A stretch of 61,899 nt of DNA from a virus (Duplodnaviria; Caudoviricetes), in the IMG/VR virus record IMGVR_UViG_3300044703_000081, positions 1 to 61,899 of that record; one strand, written 5' to 3'. The position numbers were made by a program, and so were the translations under genes. The notes under the pieces are model-generated. The model saw nothing but the letters and a program-made list of their open reading frames with translations, was not told where the DNA came from and did no database searches. This document shows positions 19,739 through 28,049 of this stretch, in pieces; the first letter of the stretch is position 1; each line of letters starts with the position of its first letter.

Positions 19739-20578
19739 TCACATCCCCGTTTGCTTGCGAGAGGCGGGATAGCCGGTAGAGCCGCCGCCGGCGGGTGGCG
19801 TGATCGTGATCCCGCTATTGCCGCGAAGATCGAAGCTGTTGGTGGCTGCGAAGGTGGCGCCGCCGGAGAATGTGAGGTCGCGAAGGGCGCACCAGTCGAA
19901 TGTTTGCGTCCCGCTCGCCACCGACAATGTGGCGGCGGTGCCTGGAGCGTTGCTGGTTATAAGAGTCTCGGTGCCGGACGAACCGGCGATATTCAAGGCA
20001 TTTGCCGTGACCGTCGCACCGCCGACTATAGAGACGTTGGAGCCAGCATTGATGATTAAGTTGTTGAAAGCGTAGGCGCCGGTACCAAGGGTAGTCAACG
20101 TACTATTGGAGGCCGCACCTATCGTTAGGTCGTTGTAGGTTAGCGGCCCGGCTTGGAATGTTCGGGCAGCCGACACGCCGGCACTCAACGTGATATTGGC
20201 AGAATTTTTGTTGAACGTCAGGCCGGTAACAACGGTGTGGTTCCAAGCCGAGTTTCCGGTGCCAGTAATCGTCCAAGCGCCATTGCCCATGCTCAGCGTG
20301 CGCGTGGCCGTCCCGGAGTTGCCAAACGTCTGTACCGTGACGTCGTTGTTGTTGACGCTGAAATTCAGGTGTCCGGTGAACGTCGGCATCGCGATCGAGA
20401 CGACATTGACCGTCGTATTGACGGTGACGGTGCCGCCGCCCGAGCTGCCGTCGAACGTCACCGTATCTGCCGAGCCGGGAACAGATTGTCCCCCCGCCCC
20501 GCCTGACGTGGCAGCCCAATGCGTGGTGTCGGAAGCATCCCAGGTTCCCGTCCCACCAACCCAGAAGCGTGAGGCCAT
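19739..20578 (-). CDS. Gly/Thr/Asn-rich beta-helical adhesin-like virion protein
   Basis: RFWVGGTGTW...W...SGG...SVP..AD.VTFD N-terminus; visibly lower GC. Confidence 0.7.
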   Translation of the reverse strand: MASRFWVGGTGTWDASDTTHWAATSGGAGGQSVPGSADTVTFDGSSGGGTVTVNTTVNVVSIAMPTFTGHLNFSVNNNDVTVQTFGNSGTATRTLSMGNGAWTITGTGNSAWNHTVVTGLTFNKNSANITLSAGVSAARTFQAGPLTYNDLTIGAASNSTLTTLGTGAYAFNNLIINAGSNVSIVGGATVTANALNIAGSSGTETLITSNAPGTAATLSVASGTQTFDWCALRDLTFSGGATFAATNSFDLRGNSGITITPPAGGGSTGYPASRKQTGM

Positions 20579-20605
20579 GGCGTTGTCCCTCGACTGTTCG
20601 CGCGG

Positions 20606-20980
20606 TCAGGTGGCGTGCCGGAAGGCGGCCGACGTGATGCCCACCGCGGCGTGCTGCTGGATGGCGACCGAATTCATGATGATCGCGGCGCCGGAGCCGT
20701 CGACACCCACCGTCAAGCCCGACACTTTGACGATGCCAATTGCGCTCTTGATGCGCGCGGCCGCCGCCGTGCCGGTGGCGTCGGCATCGGTGTCGGTCTC
20801 CGGCATCGTGAATGTCAGCACGTCGTCGGTCACCGTCCCGCACGGGCTCGCCAGCGGAATCGCCGCCAGCACCGCCGCAAAGCCGGCGTTGCCGATTTCC
20901 AGCACGGCGCCGTTGCCGATGTCGTCCACCACCGCCTGCATGCGGCGGGTCTTGATCGACATCGCGTAGGTCACGGCCAT
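20606..20980 (-). CDS. Hypothetical structural protein
   Basis: ADATGTAAAARI motif; in the tail operon. Confidence 0.65.
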   Translation of the reverse strand: MAVTYAMSIKTRRMQAVVDDIGNGAVLEIGNAGFAAVLAAIPLASPCGTVTDDVLTFTMPETDTDADATGTAAAARIKSAIGIVKVSGLTVGVDGSGAAIIMNSVAIQQHAAVGITSAAFRHAT

Positions 20981-20990
20981 GCTGGTCTCG

Positions 20991-21875
20991 TCAGATGATG
21001 GTGGTGGTGACGGTCAGCGCGCCGCGCGTTGCGATTTCGGTGTCGCCGCACACGACGTCGGCAACAGGATCGCCCAGGATGACGTTGTCGACGCCCGCCA
21101 CTTTGGCGGCGGCAATCAGTCCGGCGCGAAACACCTCCGAGCCGATGCGGTAGCGCTGCGCCATGTGCGCGCTGATCGCCGTCTCGGACGCGGTCTTGAT
21201 CAGCATCGGATCGGGTCCGCGCGGAATGAACAGTTGCGCCGTCACCGGCACGATCACCACGGCGGCCCGCACCACCGTGACGATGTCGGTCAGCGGCACC
21301 GTGTCCTCGCGCGCGAAGCGCTCGATCACGCGCAGCATGACGGCATCAGACACGTCGGCGCCGCCGGCGCCGGCCAGCACCACCGTCACCCTTCCGTCGG
21401 CGGGCGAGAACGCATGCGCGTCGACGATGTCGAGCGACAGCGTGAGCGCATGGAATTCGTAGGCCCCGCGCGCGCCGGCGGTCGAAAAGGCTTCCGGCGC
21501 GAGCTGGATGCGCTGGCGCAGCCGCGTATCGTCCTCGACGACGCTGCCGGCGGCCATACGCTGCACGCCGTAGAAAGCGCCGAGATGGTCGAGATCGGTG
21601 CCGACCGCATAGGCCAGCAGCACCGCCCGCGCTTTGTCGTTGACCAGCGCCCGCAGCAGGGTCTCGCGGTAGGCCAGCGCCTGCAGCACGATGGCGATCG
21701 GCTCGCTCTCGAGGTCGAGCGTGTCGAGCGCCGGCAGATCCGGACGGCGCGCGCGCAGCACCGCCCACACGTCCTGCACGTAGCTCTTGGCGGCGGCCAG
21801 CACGGCCTCGAAGCTGATGATATCGATCAGCTGCGGCGGCGGCAGCTGCGACAGGTCGATGGCGACAAATCTCAT
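20991..21875 (-). CDS. Baseplate J protein
   Basis: IDLSQLPPP, AYRETLLRALVND, APEAFSTAGARGAYEFHA. Confidence 0.93.
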   Translation of the reverse strand: MRFVAIDLSQLPPPQLIDIISFEAVLAAAKSYVQDVWAVLRARRPDLPALDTLDLESEPIAIVLQALAYRETLLRALVNDKARAVLLAYAVGTDLDHLGAFYGVQRMAAGSVVEDDTRLRQRIQLAPEAFSTAGARGAYEFHALTLSLDIVDAHAFSPADGRVTVVLAGAGGADVSDAVMLRVIERFAREDTVPLTDIVTVVRAAVVIVPVTAQLFIPRGPDPMLIKTASETAISAHMAQRYRIGSEVFRAGLIAAAKVAGVDNVILGDPVADVVCGDTEIATRGALTVTTTII

Positions 21876-21896
21876 GGGGACCTATCTACGTGGCCT

Positions 21897-22310
21897 TCAC
21901 GCGGTCGCCCGCAGGCCTTTGTCGCCGTCGATCACCCGCATGCTGCGGCGGCTGTCGACCGTGAAGTCGCCGAGATGCCCGCGCGGCATGTAGTCGCCCT
22001 CGACCTGCACCTCATAGAGGCCGGAGCGGTCGATCCTGGTGCTGTTGATCTTGACGATGCGAAAGCGCGGCTCGGTCGGCAGGCCGTTGACCTGCAGCAC
22101 CGTCAGCGCCGTCACCACCGCATTCCAGAACCGCAGGATGGTCTGCTCATTGGCGAGCTCGCCGAGGAGCGCGAGGCCGGGATAGCCGAACCATTCCCGC
22201 ATCACCCGTTCGCCGATGCCGGTCGTGAGGATGATGCCGATCGACTGCACAACGTGATCGAAGTCGGCGAGCGGCTTGCCAGTCGCCGCATCGGTCCCGA
22301 GCGAGGCCAT
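21897..22310 (-). CDS. Baseplate wedge protein W (gp25 family)
   Basis: HVVQSIGIILTT.IGERVMR..FG...EPRF. Confidence 0.9.
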   Translation of the reverse strand: MASLGTDAATGKPLADFDHVVQSIGIILTTGIGERVMREWFGYPGLALLGELANEQTILRFWNAVVTALTVLQVNGLPTEPRFRIVKINSTRIDRSGLYEVQVEGDYMPRGHLGDFTVDSRRSMRVIDGDKGLRATA

Positions 22311-22314
22311 CAAT

Positions 22315-22548
22315 TCACGCGTGCGGAAGTCGGCGGTGTCGTGTCCGCCGCGGCAGCGGCTTCTCCTCTCCCCCTTGTGGGGAGGGGTCGGGGGTGGGGG
22401 CCGCGGAGGGTGGCTCCTTGATCTCGCCGACACGCAGTGGGTGCTCGGCTTCCGCGTCGGTTAACAGGATCTGTACCTGGCCCGGCTTGCGCCTGTAGCC
22501 GGCGACGTAATCGCCGGCCCGGTCCGTGATGTCGTAGAGATTGCGCAT
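22315..22548 (-). CDS. Small hypothetical baseplate-region protein containing a REP-like insert
   Basis: YVAGYR...LTDAEAEHPLR.GEI; GAGG RBS. Confidence 0.65.
   Translation of the reverse strand: MRNLYDITDRAGDYVAGYRRKPGQVQILLTDAEAEHPLRVGEIKEPPSAAPTPDPSPQGGEEKPLPRRTRHRRLPHA
22364..22400. repeat. Rhizobiales REP-like palindrome half-unit
   Basis: CTCCCCCTTGTGGGGAGGGGTCGGGGGTGGGGG, translating as PTPDPSPQGG. Confidence 0.6.
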
Positions 22549-22566
22549 ATTTGCCTCGATCGGTGC

Positions 22567-23220
22567 TCAGTCGCCGCCGCCGCCGCCATCACCACCGCCG
22601 CCGGTGGCGGCCTCGATGGCTGCAGCCACGCCGGACGCGGTCGCGTAGACGCTCTCGCCTTCGGTCTTGAGGTGCACGCGCGGCACCGAGCCAGCCTCGC
22701 TGGTCGCCGGGTCGCCCTCTTCCTGGTCTTTGTTGGAAACGCCGATAAACACCTTGCCGCCGCCGCCGACAGCGTTGAAGATTTTCTGCGACACCACGTT
22801 GATCGCGCCGCTCTTGATCTCGACTTCGCTCTCGCCGACCTTGGCCGAGAGCTTGTCGGCCGTGAGCGTGATGCGCACCGACCCGAAGGTCAGCACGTGC
22901 TCGTCTTTGTTCTGGCTCGGCGACGGGTTCTCATCCGACCACGTCATCGGGATGGCCAGCGCTTGTTCCGGCACGCCATCGGGCGCGTAGACGTCCATCT
23001 GCTGCCCGACCGAAGGCACCGAATGCAATTTCAGCGCGCCGGCGATCTGCGCGTACGGAATCCACGGCGACTTCATCGGCTCGTCGTCGGTGCCGCCGAT
23101 GCGCACGCGGATACGGTGCTTCTGCGCGTCGACGTCGGTCACCGCACCGCGCAGCTTGGTGCGCGACATGCGGCGCTCGAGCTCGGCCACCCGCACCACC
23201 AGCTCGTTGAACGCGCTCAT
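22567..23220 (-). CDS. Baseplate spike protein V
   Basis: G.VTDVD...RVRIG...SPWIP...PSVGQQ. Confidence 0.88.
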   Translation of the reverse strand: MSAFNELVVRVAELERRMSRTKLRGAVTDVDAQKHRIRVRIGGTDDEPMKSPWIPYAQIAGALKLHSVPSVGQQMDVYAPDGVPEQALAIPMTWSDENPSPSQNKDEHVLTFGSVRITLTADKLSAKVGESEVEIKSGAINVVSQKIFNAVGGGGKVFIGVSNKDQEEGDPATSEAGSVPRVHLKTEGESVYATASGVAAAIEAATGGGGDGGGGGD

Positions 23221-24047
23221 GGTCCGGCGGGCGGCACGATGGTGAGATCGGCCGGGTCGATCGTGAGCGCGCCCGCGTCGCCATCCTCGCCGCCGAGCAG
23301 CGCGGCCTCGCCGGTGGCGGTGTCGTCTTGCGGCGCCAGGCCCGATGCGCGGATCGCGTCATCGGACAGCGCCAGCGCCGCCTGCGCCTGCCGCCAGCCC
23401 GGCATGTCGTCGGGCTGCTCGATCATGCCCTTGATCAGGTCGGCGAGCGGGGTCAGTCCCGGTTCCGCCCGCATCGCGGCGTCGAGCCGCAGCCAGTGGT
23501 TTGCCAGCGGCACGCCGAACATCGGCTCCGCCATGATGCGGCAGTCGAGATCGTATTCCACCGCCGGCACCCGCAGCCGCTTTTCCTGGCGCGAGTCTTC
23601 GTACAGGAGTGGCGTCGACGTAATCTTCTCGATGCCCGGCACAAACTCGGCGAACAGCCGCGGCCACGGATTGGCCGGATCGGTCGTGTCGCGCACCAGC
23701 GCGGCGGTGCACTGCCGCCAGGTTAAATCAATCAGCGCCGCGGCGCCGGCCCCGCGCGCTTCGAAAGCGAGCGGCGAAGGCCCGCCGATATCCACCTCGG
23801 CGCGCGGCGGAATGAAGATCTGCACCGTCAGCAGCACGGTGCGCAGGCCTGCGAGCAGGTCGCGGCCTTCGCCTTCGTGGCTGCTGGTGCCGGTGAACAC
23901 CGCGATCAGCGGCAGCGCCGCTGCGCCCTCGGCCAGCACGTCGTCGAGCGGCTCGACCGGCGCATTGAGCACGCGCGACCCGGCGAAGGTCTTTCCGGTC
24001 AGCGCGCGAGTGACGATCAGGCGCAACGCGAAGGCGATCAGGCTCAT
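23217..24047 (-). CDS. Tail completion/terminator-like protein
   Basis: AL.GKT.AGSRV...P.IAVFT; position. Confidence 0.65.
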   Translation of the reverse strand: MSLIAFALRLIVTRALTGKTFAGSRVLNAPVEPLDDVLAEGAAALPLIAVFTGTSSHEGEGRDLLAGLRTVLLTVQIFIPPRAEVDIGGPSPLAFEARGAGAAALIDLTWRQCTAALVRDTTDPANPWPRLFAEFVPGIEKITSTPLLYEDSRQEKRLRVPAVEYDLDCRIMAEPMFGVPLANHWLRLDAAMRAEPGLTPLADLIKGMIEQPDDMPGWRQAQAALALSDDAIRASGLAPQDDTATGEAALLGGEDGDAGALTIDPADLTIVPPAGP

Positions 24048-24457
24048 GATCCTGCCTTCTCCGGGCTGCAGCGCGCGTTCCAGCGGCTGCCGTCGGAATC
24101 CGCTTCCGCCACCAGATAGCGCGCGCCGTCCAGGAGCCGCACGATGCGGTCGCCCTGGCGCGGCCACAGCGTACGCAGCGGCGGCAGCGTGGCGATGACG
24201 AAGGAAAACTCGACCAACCCGCCAGCGAGCTGCGCGCCTGCGCCGGTGCTGGAGCCGGCGATGTTGGATTGCCGGTGCATCATCGGCGCGATCGGATTGA
24301 GATCGAAGATCGCCACACCATCGTAGGCCGGCCGGTCTGGATCTGCGCCGCCGGCCAGAAACTCGCCCGCCAGCCGCGGCTCGACCGTCACCCGCTCGCC
24401 GTGCTCGGCATTGACCGCCGCCTCCATGCGGGCGAGGCGGGCGGCGAAGCGGCTCAT
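24044..24457 (-). CDS. Head-tail joining protein
   Basis: Follows the capsid gene; PRQGD motif. Confidence 0.65.
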   Translation of the reverse strand: MSRFAARLARMEAAVNAEHGERVTVEPRLAGEFLAGGADPDRPAYDGVAIFDLNPIAPMMHRQSNIAGSSTGAGAQLAGGLVEFSFVIATLPPLRTLWPRQGDRIVRLLDGARYLVAEADSDGSRWNARCSPEKAGS

Positions 24458-25512
24458 CAGGCTTGACGCTTGGCCTTGAGCAGCACGCGCGGGCGGGTGC
24501 AGATGTTGAGCTCGTTCATCTGCACGTCGAGATTGGTGCCCTTGCCGTTCGGCATGTCGTAGATCTTGCCGTACAGCCTCTTGCCCAGCGTGTTGACGGT
24601 CTCGTTGTAGTCGGCCGGTGCCCAATAGGTGCGGAACAGGCCGGGCACGCCCTCCGGAATGATGTAGGCCTTGTCGCTCTCGACATAGTCGTGCATGTCG
24701 CCCTTCACGTCGCTGACGGTGCCGCGGTAGTTCTCCCAGATGACGTCTGAGAACTCGAAGGCGCCCCAGCTCTTGCCGTCGGCCTCGATATAGCCCTCGC
24801 GCAGGATCTGCGCCTGGGTCCAGCCCTTGTAGGTTTCACGCACCTCTTTGTTGCCGAGCAGGTCGTCAAAGAAGTTGTCGCCGCAGAACCCGCGCAGCTT
24901 GCCGGTGAAGGGAATGCCGTCGAGCTCCCGCCCGATCAGGCGTTTGAGCCCCGCGGACTTCTTGCGCAGCGGGCCGTTGTCGATATTGGCCTGGCCCAGG
25001 TCCATCGCCTGCTCGGCAATCTGCGACACGCCGAAGGTGGTGAACAGGTTGAGTTCCTGGGTGACGCCGTCTTTGTCGGGTGCATAGGTGACGACGCCCT
25101 TGATGGCGCCGATCTGCGAATACTCCGTCGTGGCCGCCATCGACTGCGAATGCTCGCCGGATCGCTCGGCGATCTTGTCCATCACGCTCTCGAGCTCGGT
25201 CTCGGTGCCGAAGGCGCGAACGCCCTGCACTTCGTCGGCGATCACCGCGTCGTTGATCTCGAAATGCGGCACCCGCACGTCGAGCATCGAGCGCTTGCCC
25301 TTGTCCACTGTGGTGCCGGGCGCGCCGCGCGGGGACGGCGGCACCAGGATCAGTTGCGATCCCTTGCGCTCGATCGCCACCGACAGCGAGCGCACCCGCG
25401 TCGCCTGAAAGATGCCGAGCTGCGCGAGGCGGCCGGGCACGAACTTGATCTGGTTGATGGCGTCGGTGAGCGGGACGATCTGGAACGGATCGGCCTTGAA
25501 GATGTCGAGCAT
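24457..25512 (-). CDS. Major capsid protein (lambda gpE family)
   Basis: MLDIF..DPF...LTDAIN; QMNEL.ICTRP..L. Confidence 0.92.
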   Translation of the reverse strand: MLDIFKADPFQIVPLTDAINQIKFVPGRLAQLGIFQATRVRSLSVAIERKGSQLILVPPSPRGAPGTTVDKGKRSMLDVRVPHFEINDAVIADEVQGVRAFGTETELESVMDKIAERSGEHSQSMAATTEYSQIGAIKGVVTYAPDKDGVTQELNLFTTFGVSQIAEQAMDLGQANIDNGPLRKKSAGLKRLIGRELDGIPFTGKLRGFCGDNFFDDLLGNKEVRETYKGWTQAQILREGYIEADGKSWGAFEFSDVIWENYRGTVSDVKGDMHDYVESDKAYIIPEGVPGLFRTYWAPADYNETVNTLGKRLYGKIYDMPNGKGTNLDVQMNELNICTRPRVLLKAKRQA

Positions 25513-25580
25513 GGCAGGGTCCTCTATCGCGGCGTGGCCGCCGCCCCTCAGTGGGGTAGGGTTTGCGGGTTTCGGCGGCG

Positions 25581-26249
25581 TCAGCGGACTTTGATGCCGT
25601 GCTCGCGCAGTTGCAGGATGGCGGCTGCCTTCTGGTCGGCGGTGATGCCGGCCGGCCATCCCAGGCAGTTGCCGTTGAGCACCGCGTCGTCGGTGATGGC
25701 GGCGATCTTGCGGTCGGTATCGGTGGCGGCGAGCGGATAGATCGCCATCGCGGCGGCGTTCTGCACGCCGTTGGTGGCCGTGAGGTCGAGCGGCAGGTAG
25801 CCGCCGACGCCGGCCGGGTTGCCGATCGTCACCGGGATGGTGAACTCGTCGCCGGCGACGAAATCGGTGGCGCCGTCGGCGATCGTGAACTTGACCTGCT
25901 TGTTGTAAGCGACGCCGACCCGGGCATAGCCGTCGACCGTGCCATCCGGACGTGTCACCGCGAATTGCCCGGCATTGGCGCCGTCGGTCACCAGGGTAGC
26001 CTTGTAGCTGCCCTCCTTGACGGTGCCGCTATAGGCCGGGGTCGCCAGCGTGAGAACGCCGTTGCCGGTGCCGACAAAGGTTGCCGGCCCGACCGCCACG
26101 GCATCCGTGTCGGGCTCCAGCAGACCGAGGATCTGGTTGGCATTGACGTCGACCGCGCCGGGAATGGTCACGGCTTCGCGCGAACGATTGCCGTTGGCCT
26201 CGTGGATGATGGCTTCACCCGGGTGCCGGGTCTCGGTGAAAACGGTCAT
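25581..26249 (-). CDS. Head decoration protein with inserted beta domain
   Basis: E..H.GE.I..EANG.RSRE.VTI; between protease and capsid genes. Confidence 0.85.
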   Translation of the reverse strand: MTVFTETRHPGEAIIHEANGNRSREAVTIPGAVDVNANQILGLLEPDTDAVAVGPATFVGTGNGVLTLATPAYSGTVKEGSYKATLVTDGANAGQFAVTRPDGTVDGYARVGVAYNKQVKFTIADGATDFVAGDEFTIPVTIGNPAGVGGYLPLDLTATNGVQNAAAMAIYPLAATDTDRKIAAITDDAVLNGNCLGWPAGITADQKAAAILQLREHGIKVR

Positions 26250-26326
26250 GGTGGATCTCCGTCAAATGACCGGGTGACCGCGCGTCTCAGGTCTCAGACC
26301 GACGGCGGAAGGGGGAGGTGTGCGCG

Positions 26327-26830
26327 TCAGACGCCCGTGCGTGCCGCCGGATCGCTGACGCGGGCGTTGACCTTGGCGACCGACGAACTCCACGACGCCG
26401 CGCCGGTTTTCGCGGGCGGCGTGTGATTGCCGAGGCCGAGCGCGCCGGCATCTTCTTTGCGCTGCTCATATCCGGCCGCTGCGCTCGCGGCCGGCGAGAC
26501 CTTGAGCGTTGCGATCGCGTCGGCGGCGGACATCTCGGTGTTGAGCGCCAGATGTTGCGCCATCGCCTCGCGGCCCTTGGCCTCCGGCGCGTTGAGAATC
26601 GTCTTGATGCGCGTCGCACCGGCATCCTGCTGGCCTGCGGGCAGTGCCGGCGGAGTCGGAGGAGTCGGCGGAGTAGGCGGCGCGGCGGCCGCGACCGGCG
26701 TCGTCTTGAGCGTCGCGATCGCGTCCTCGGCCGACAGCGTAGTGTTGTTGGCGAGGTGCGCCGCGAGTGACTCACGGCCCTTGGCTTCCGGCGCACCGGT
26801 GATGGCGGCGACGCGTTGTTCGTTGGTCAT
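26327..26830 (-). CDS. Nested scaffolding protein (Nu3-like internal start)
   Basis: GGAGG before MTNEQR; two PEAKGRE..A.HLA repeats. Confidence 0.7.
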   Translation of the reverse strand: MTNEQRVAAITGAPEAKGRESLAAHLANNTTLSAEDAIATLKTTPVAAAAPPTPPTPPTPPALPAGQQDAGATRIKTILNAPEAKGREAMAQHLALNTEMSAADAIATLKVSPAASAAAGYEQRKEDAGALGLGNHTPPAKTGAASWSSSVAKVNARVSDPAARTGV

Positions 26831-27736
26831 GCTGGGTCCTCCAGTGGTGGTGCGCCGGCGGGGCCCTTTGCCCTGCGCCAGCGCGGCGAGAGTTTCGTCG
26901 AGCGTTGCGATGCGATCGGCGAGGCCGGCTTTGATGGCTTCGGCGCCGATGTAGATGCGGGCCTCGGTGGCCTTGGCACCGGCTGCGCCGAGCGCGGGAC
27001 GGCCGAGACCGACGGTCTCGAAGAAGCGCTCGTCGAAGGCCGTCACGATCCGCAGCAATTCCGCATGGATGTCGGGCGTCATCGTCTGCAAGGGATGACC
27101 GTCCGGCTTGTGCTTCTGATTGAACACCAGCGTCGGCTTGATGCCCTTCTGGTTCATCTCGGTCGTGCGATCGAGATGCATTAGGATCGAGCCGATGTGA
27201 CCGACCGACGACGTCGGCGAGATCACGATCTCAGTGCAGGCGCTGGCGAGGCCGTAGCCCGCGCTCATCGCCATGTCGTTGACGAAGGCGATCACCGGCT
27301 TGCGCTGGGCCACGTCGCGGATCTTCGCGGCGGTCCCGAACATGCCGGCGGCCTCCCCGCCCGGTGTGGATAGGTCGAGCACGACCGCCTTGACGTCGGG
27401 ATCCCTGTCGGCATCGCTCATCTGCGCGTCGATGCCCTCATACGACACCAGGCCGGAGCGGGCATCGATCCAGGCACCGCGATTCACCAGCCCGCCGGCG
27501 ACCGTGACGATGCCGACGCCACCCGCGGCGCGGGTAAGCCGGTAACCGCCGTCCGGACGACGTTGTGAGCCGATGAAGCGCGACGCCTCCGGCGACAGGT
27601 CGGCAAGATCGTCAGGCAGCGCCATGTCGACCGCAATGCGCCCGCCAAGCACGGCGAGCAGCACTTCGGCTTTGGCCGGATGCAGCAACAGAGGCACGCC
27701 GATCACGCGATCAGCGAGGCGCGCCAGGATCGTCAT
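26327..27736 (-). CDS. S49 prohead protease fused to scaffold (lambda C/Nu3-like)
   Basis: STPGGEA, AMSAGYGLAS, VGHIG motifs. Confidence 0.9.
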   Translation of the reverse strand: MTILARLADRVIGVPLLLHPAKAEVLLAVLGGRIAVDMALPDDLADLSPEASRFIGSQRRPDGGYRLTRAAGGVGIVTVAGGLVNRGAWIDARSGLVSYEGIDAQMSDADRDPDVKAVVLDLSTPGGEAAGMFGTAAKIRDVAQRKPVIAFVNDMAMSAGYGLASACTEIVISPTSSVGHIGSILMHLDRTTEMNQKGIKPTLVFNQKHKPDGHPLQTMTPDIHAELLRIVTAFDERFFETVGLGRPALGAAGAKATEARIYIGAEAIKAGLADRIATLDETLAALAQGKGPRRRTTTGGPSMTNEQRVAAITGAPEAKGRESLAAHLANNTTLSAEDAIATLKTTPVAAAAPPTPPTPPTPPALPAGQQDAGATRIKTILNAPEAKGREAMAQHLALNTEMSAADAIATLKVSPAASAAAGYEQRKEDAGALGLGNHTPPAKTGAASWSSSVAKVNARVSDPAARTGV

Positions 27737-27749
27737 GTTCGATGTTCTT

Positions 27750-28049
27750 TCAACAGCTGCCGACGCCGAAGGGGCCACCCCGATCGCGCCTCGTGCCGGC
27801 GGTGATGGCGAAACGGCGCGGCGTGCCGCTCGGATTGGCGGCCGGGCAGTCGGCCTCGAGCTGCTTGATCAGCGCGCCGAAAGCGGTGAGATCGGTCTTG
27901 CTCCAGGTGGTCTCGCGGTCGCGGAACTTGACCGTCTGCTCGACGCCGCCGGTGAGCAGCGCCATGTAGGCCGGGCGCAGCGCGCGCAGCGCCGCGCACG
28001 GGTCGTAGGTATCGCCGCCGAACAGCGCCTCAAAGTCGATCGGCATCAC
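27750..28049 (-). CDS. Head completion protein (lambda gpW-like)
   Basis: AY..LL.G....VKFRDRETTW...L...I..LE..C...RRFAI. Confidence 0.75.
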   Translation of the reverse strand: MMPIDFEALFGGDTYDPCAALRALRPAYMALLTGGVEQTVKFRDRETTWSKTDLTAFGALIKQLEADCPAANPSGTPRRFAITAGTRRDRGGPFGVGSC

